Shown here piece by piece: positions 63,503 through 64,000 of a stretch of DNA of 64,000 bases. A model generated the notes under the pieces. It was given only the letters and a program-made list of their open reading frames with translations. It was not told the origin of the DNA and searched no databases. A program made the translations under genes and the position numbers. The DNA lies in the IMG/VR virus record IMGVR_UViG_3300017735_000002; one strand, given 5' to 3'. This DNA comes from a virus. Numbering within the stretch: position 1 is the stretch's first letter; each line of letters begins with the position of its first letter.

Positions 63503-64000
63503 ATGATGAAAGGAAAAGTAAAAAGAATATTTATCGATATGGACGGTGTACTTGCCGACTTCTTAAGAGGGGTCGAAGGTCCACAGTATTTGGGTGAACC
63601 ACTTACTAATGATGCAGAAGGTCATTCTACATATGACGATAGAAAAGAAGAACTAACAAACAAAAGACTGTTTGCAAACTTACCCCCAATGGTCGATATG
63701 TACGACCTACTCGCATATGTCAGACATTGTGAAGTACCATGGGAAATATTGACTGCCGCTGGTGAAGTCAACAGACACTTAGTAGTACATGACAAGAACG
63801 AATGGATTAAGAGATATGTAGACCCAACAGTTCCAGTGACATGTACATTTACTGGTACTCAAAAGGCGGCATATGCCTTTGAGGGTTCTGTATTGATTGA
63901 CGATAGACAAAAGAATATCGATGCATGGATTGATGCAGGTGGTATTGGTATTGTCCATGTAAGTGCAAGAGATACTATAGAACAATTAAAGTTGTTAAGA
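63503..64000 (+). CDS. HAD 5'(3')-deoxyribonucleotidase-like (3' end cut by window edge)
   Basis: Missing from ORF track; translated IFIDMDGVLADF, ILTA, KNEW, LIDDRQKNIDAW..AGG. Confidence 0.85.
   Translation, partial: MMKGKVKRIFIDMDGVLADFLRGVEGPQYLGEPLTNDAEGHSTYDDRKEELTNKRLFANLPPMVDMYDLLAYVRHCEVPWEILTAAGEVNRHLVVHDKNEWIKRYVDPTVPVTCTFTGTQKAAYAFEGSVLIDDRQKNIDAWIDAGGIGIVHVSARDTIEQLKLLR

Noticed and set aside
383-63985. The many other minus-strand and short alternate-frame ORFs in the track
   Set aside because: They overlap well-supported + strand genes and show low-complexity Ser/Leu/Phe shadow composition; 63779..63985 is the shadow of the HAD nucleotidase
1-64000. CRISPR array, integrase, transposase, rRNA
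   Set aside because: No regularly spaced repeat-spacer array or such genes seen; the dispersed repeats are promoters

Overview
This 64 kb window is part of the genome of a marine T4-like myovirus (Straboviridae/Kyanoviridae-like gene order, AT-rich, all convincing genes on the + strand). It holds the replication/transcription core: uvsW (cut by the window start), gp55, gp47/46, gp45/44/62, regA, gp43, uvsX, gp41, gp61, nrdA/nrdB/glutaredoxin, and tRNA-Gly/Thr/Arg. Host-like auxiliary genes include peptide deformylase, Hsp20, peroxiredoxin, IscU, three 2OG-Fe(II) oxygenases and a c-type cytochrome. Four accessory blocks stand out. (1) A late-promoter-driven curli/type VIII secretion module (CsgF, CsgG, two curlin-like proteins) is joined to a FecR-domain protein and a CHASE2-adenylate cyclase; the cyclase gene carries a 290-nt overprinted ORF with a signal peptide. 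(2) A DUF4338-like/cytidylyltransferase/T4 beta-glucosyltransferase-like trio sits just upstream of DNA polymerase and may modify DNA. (3) About 12 kb of late genes (44.0-56.1 kb) encode mosaic proteins with T4 internal-protein-like N-termini (MKTLQSFISE, MKSFNEYLIE) and repeated hydrophobic-x-Glu junctions. I infer these are head-packaged, protease-processed polyproteins carrying enzyme cargo (nucleotidyltransferase+kinase, HNH, PAP2 phosphatase). (4) A repeated early-promoter cassette often supplies the upstream gene's stop codon. Many transcripts appear leaderless, and there are three candidate structured RNAs. All family calls come from motif recognition by eye; no database searches were run.
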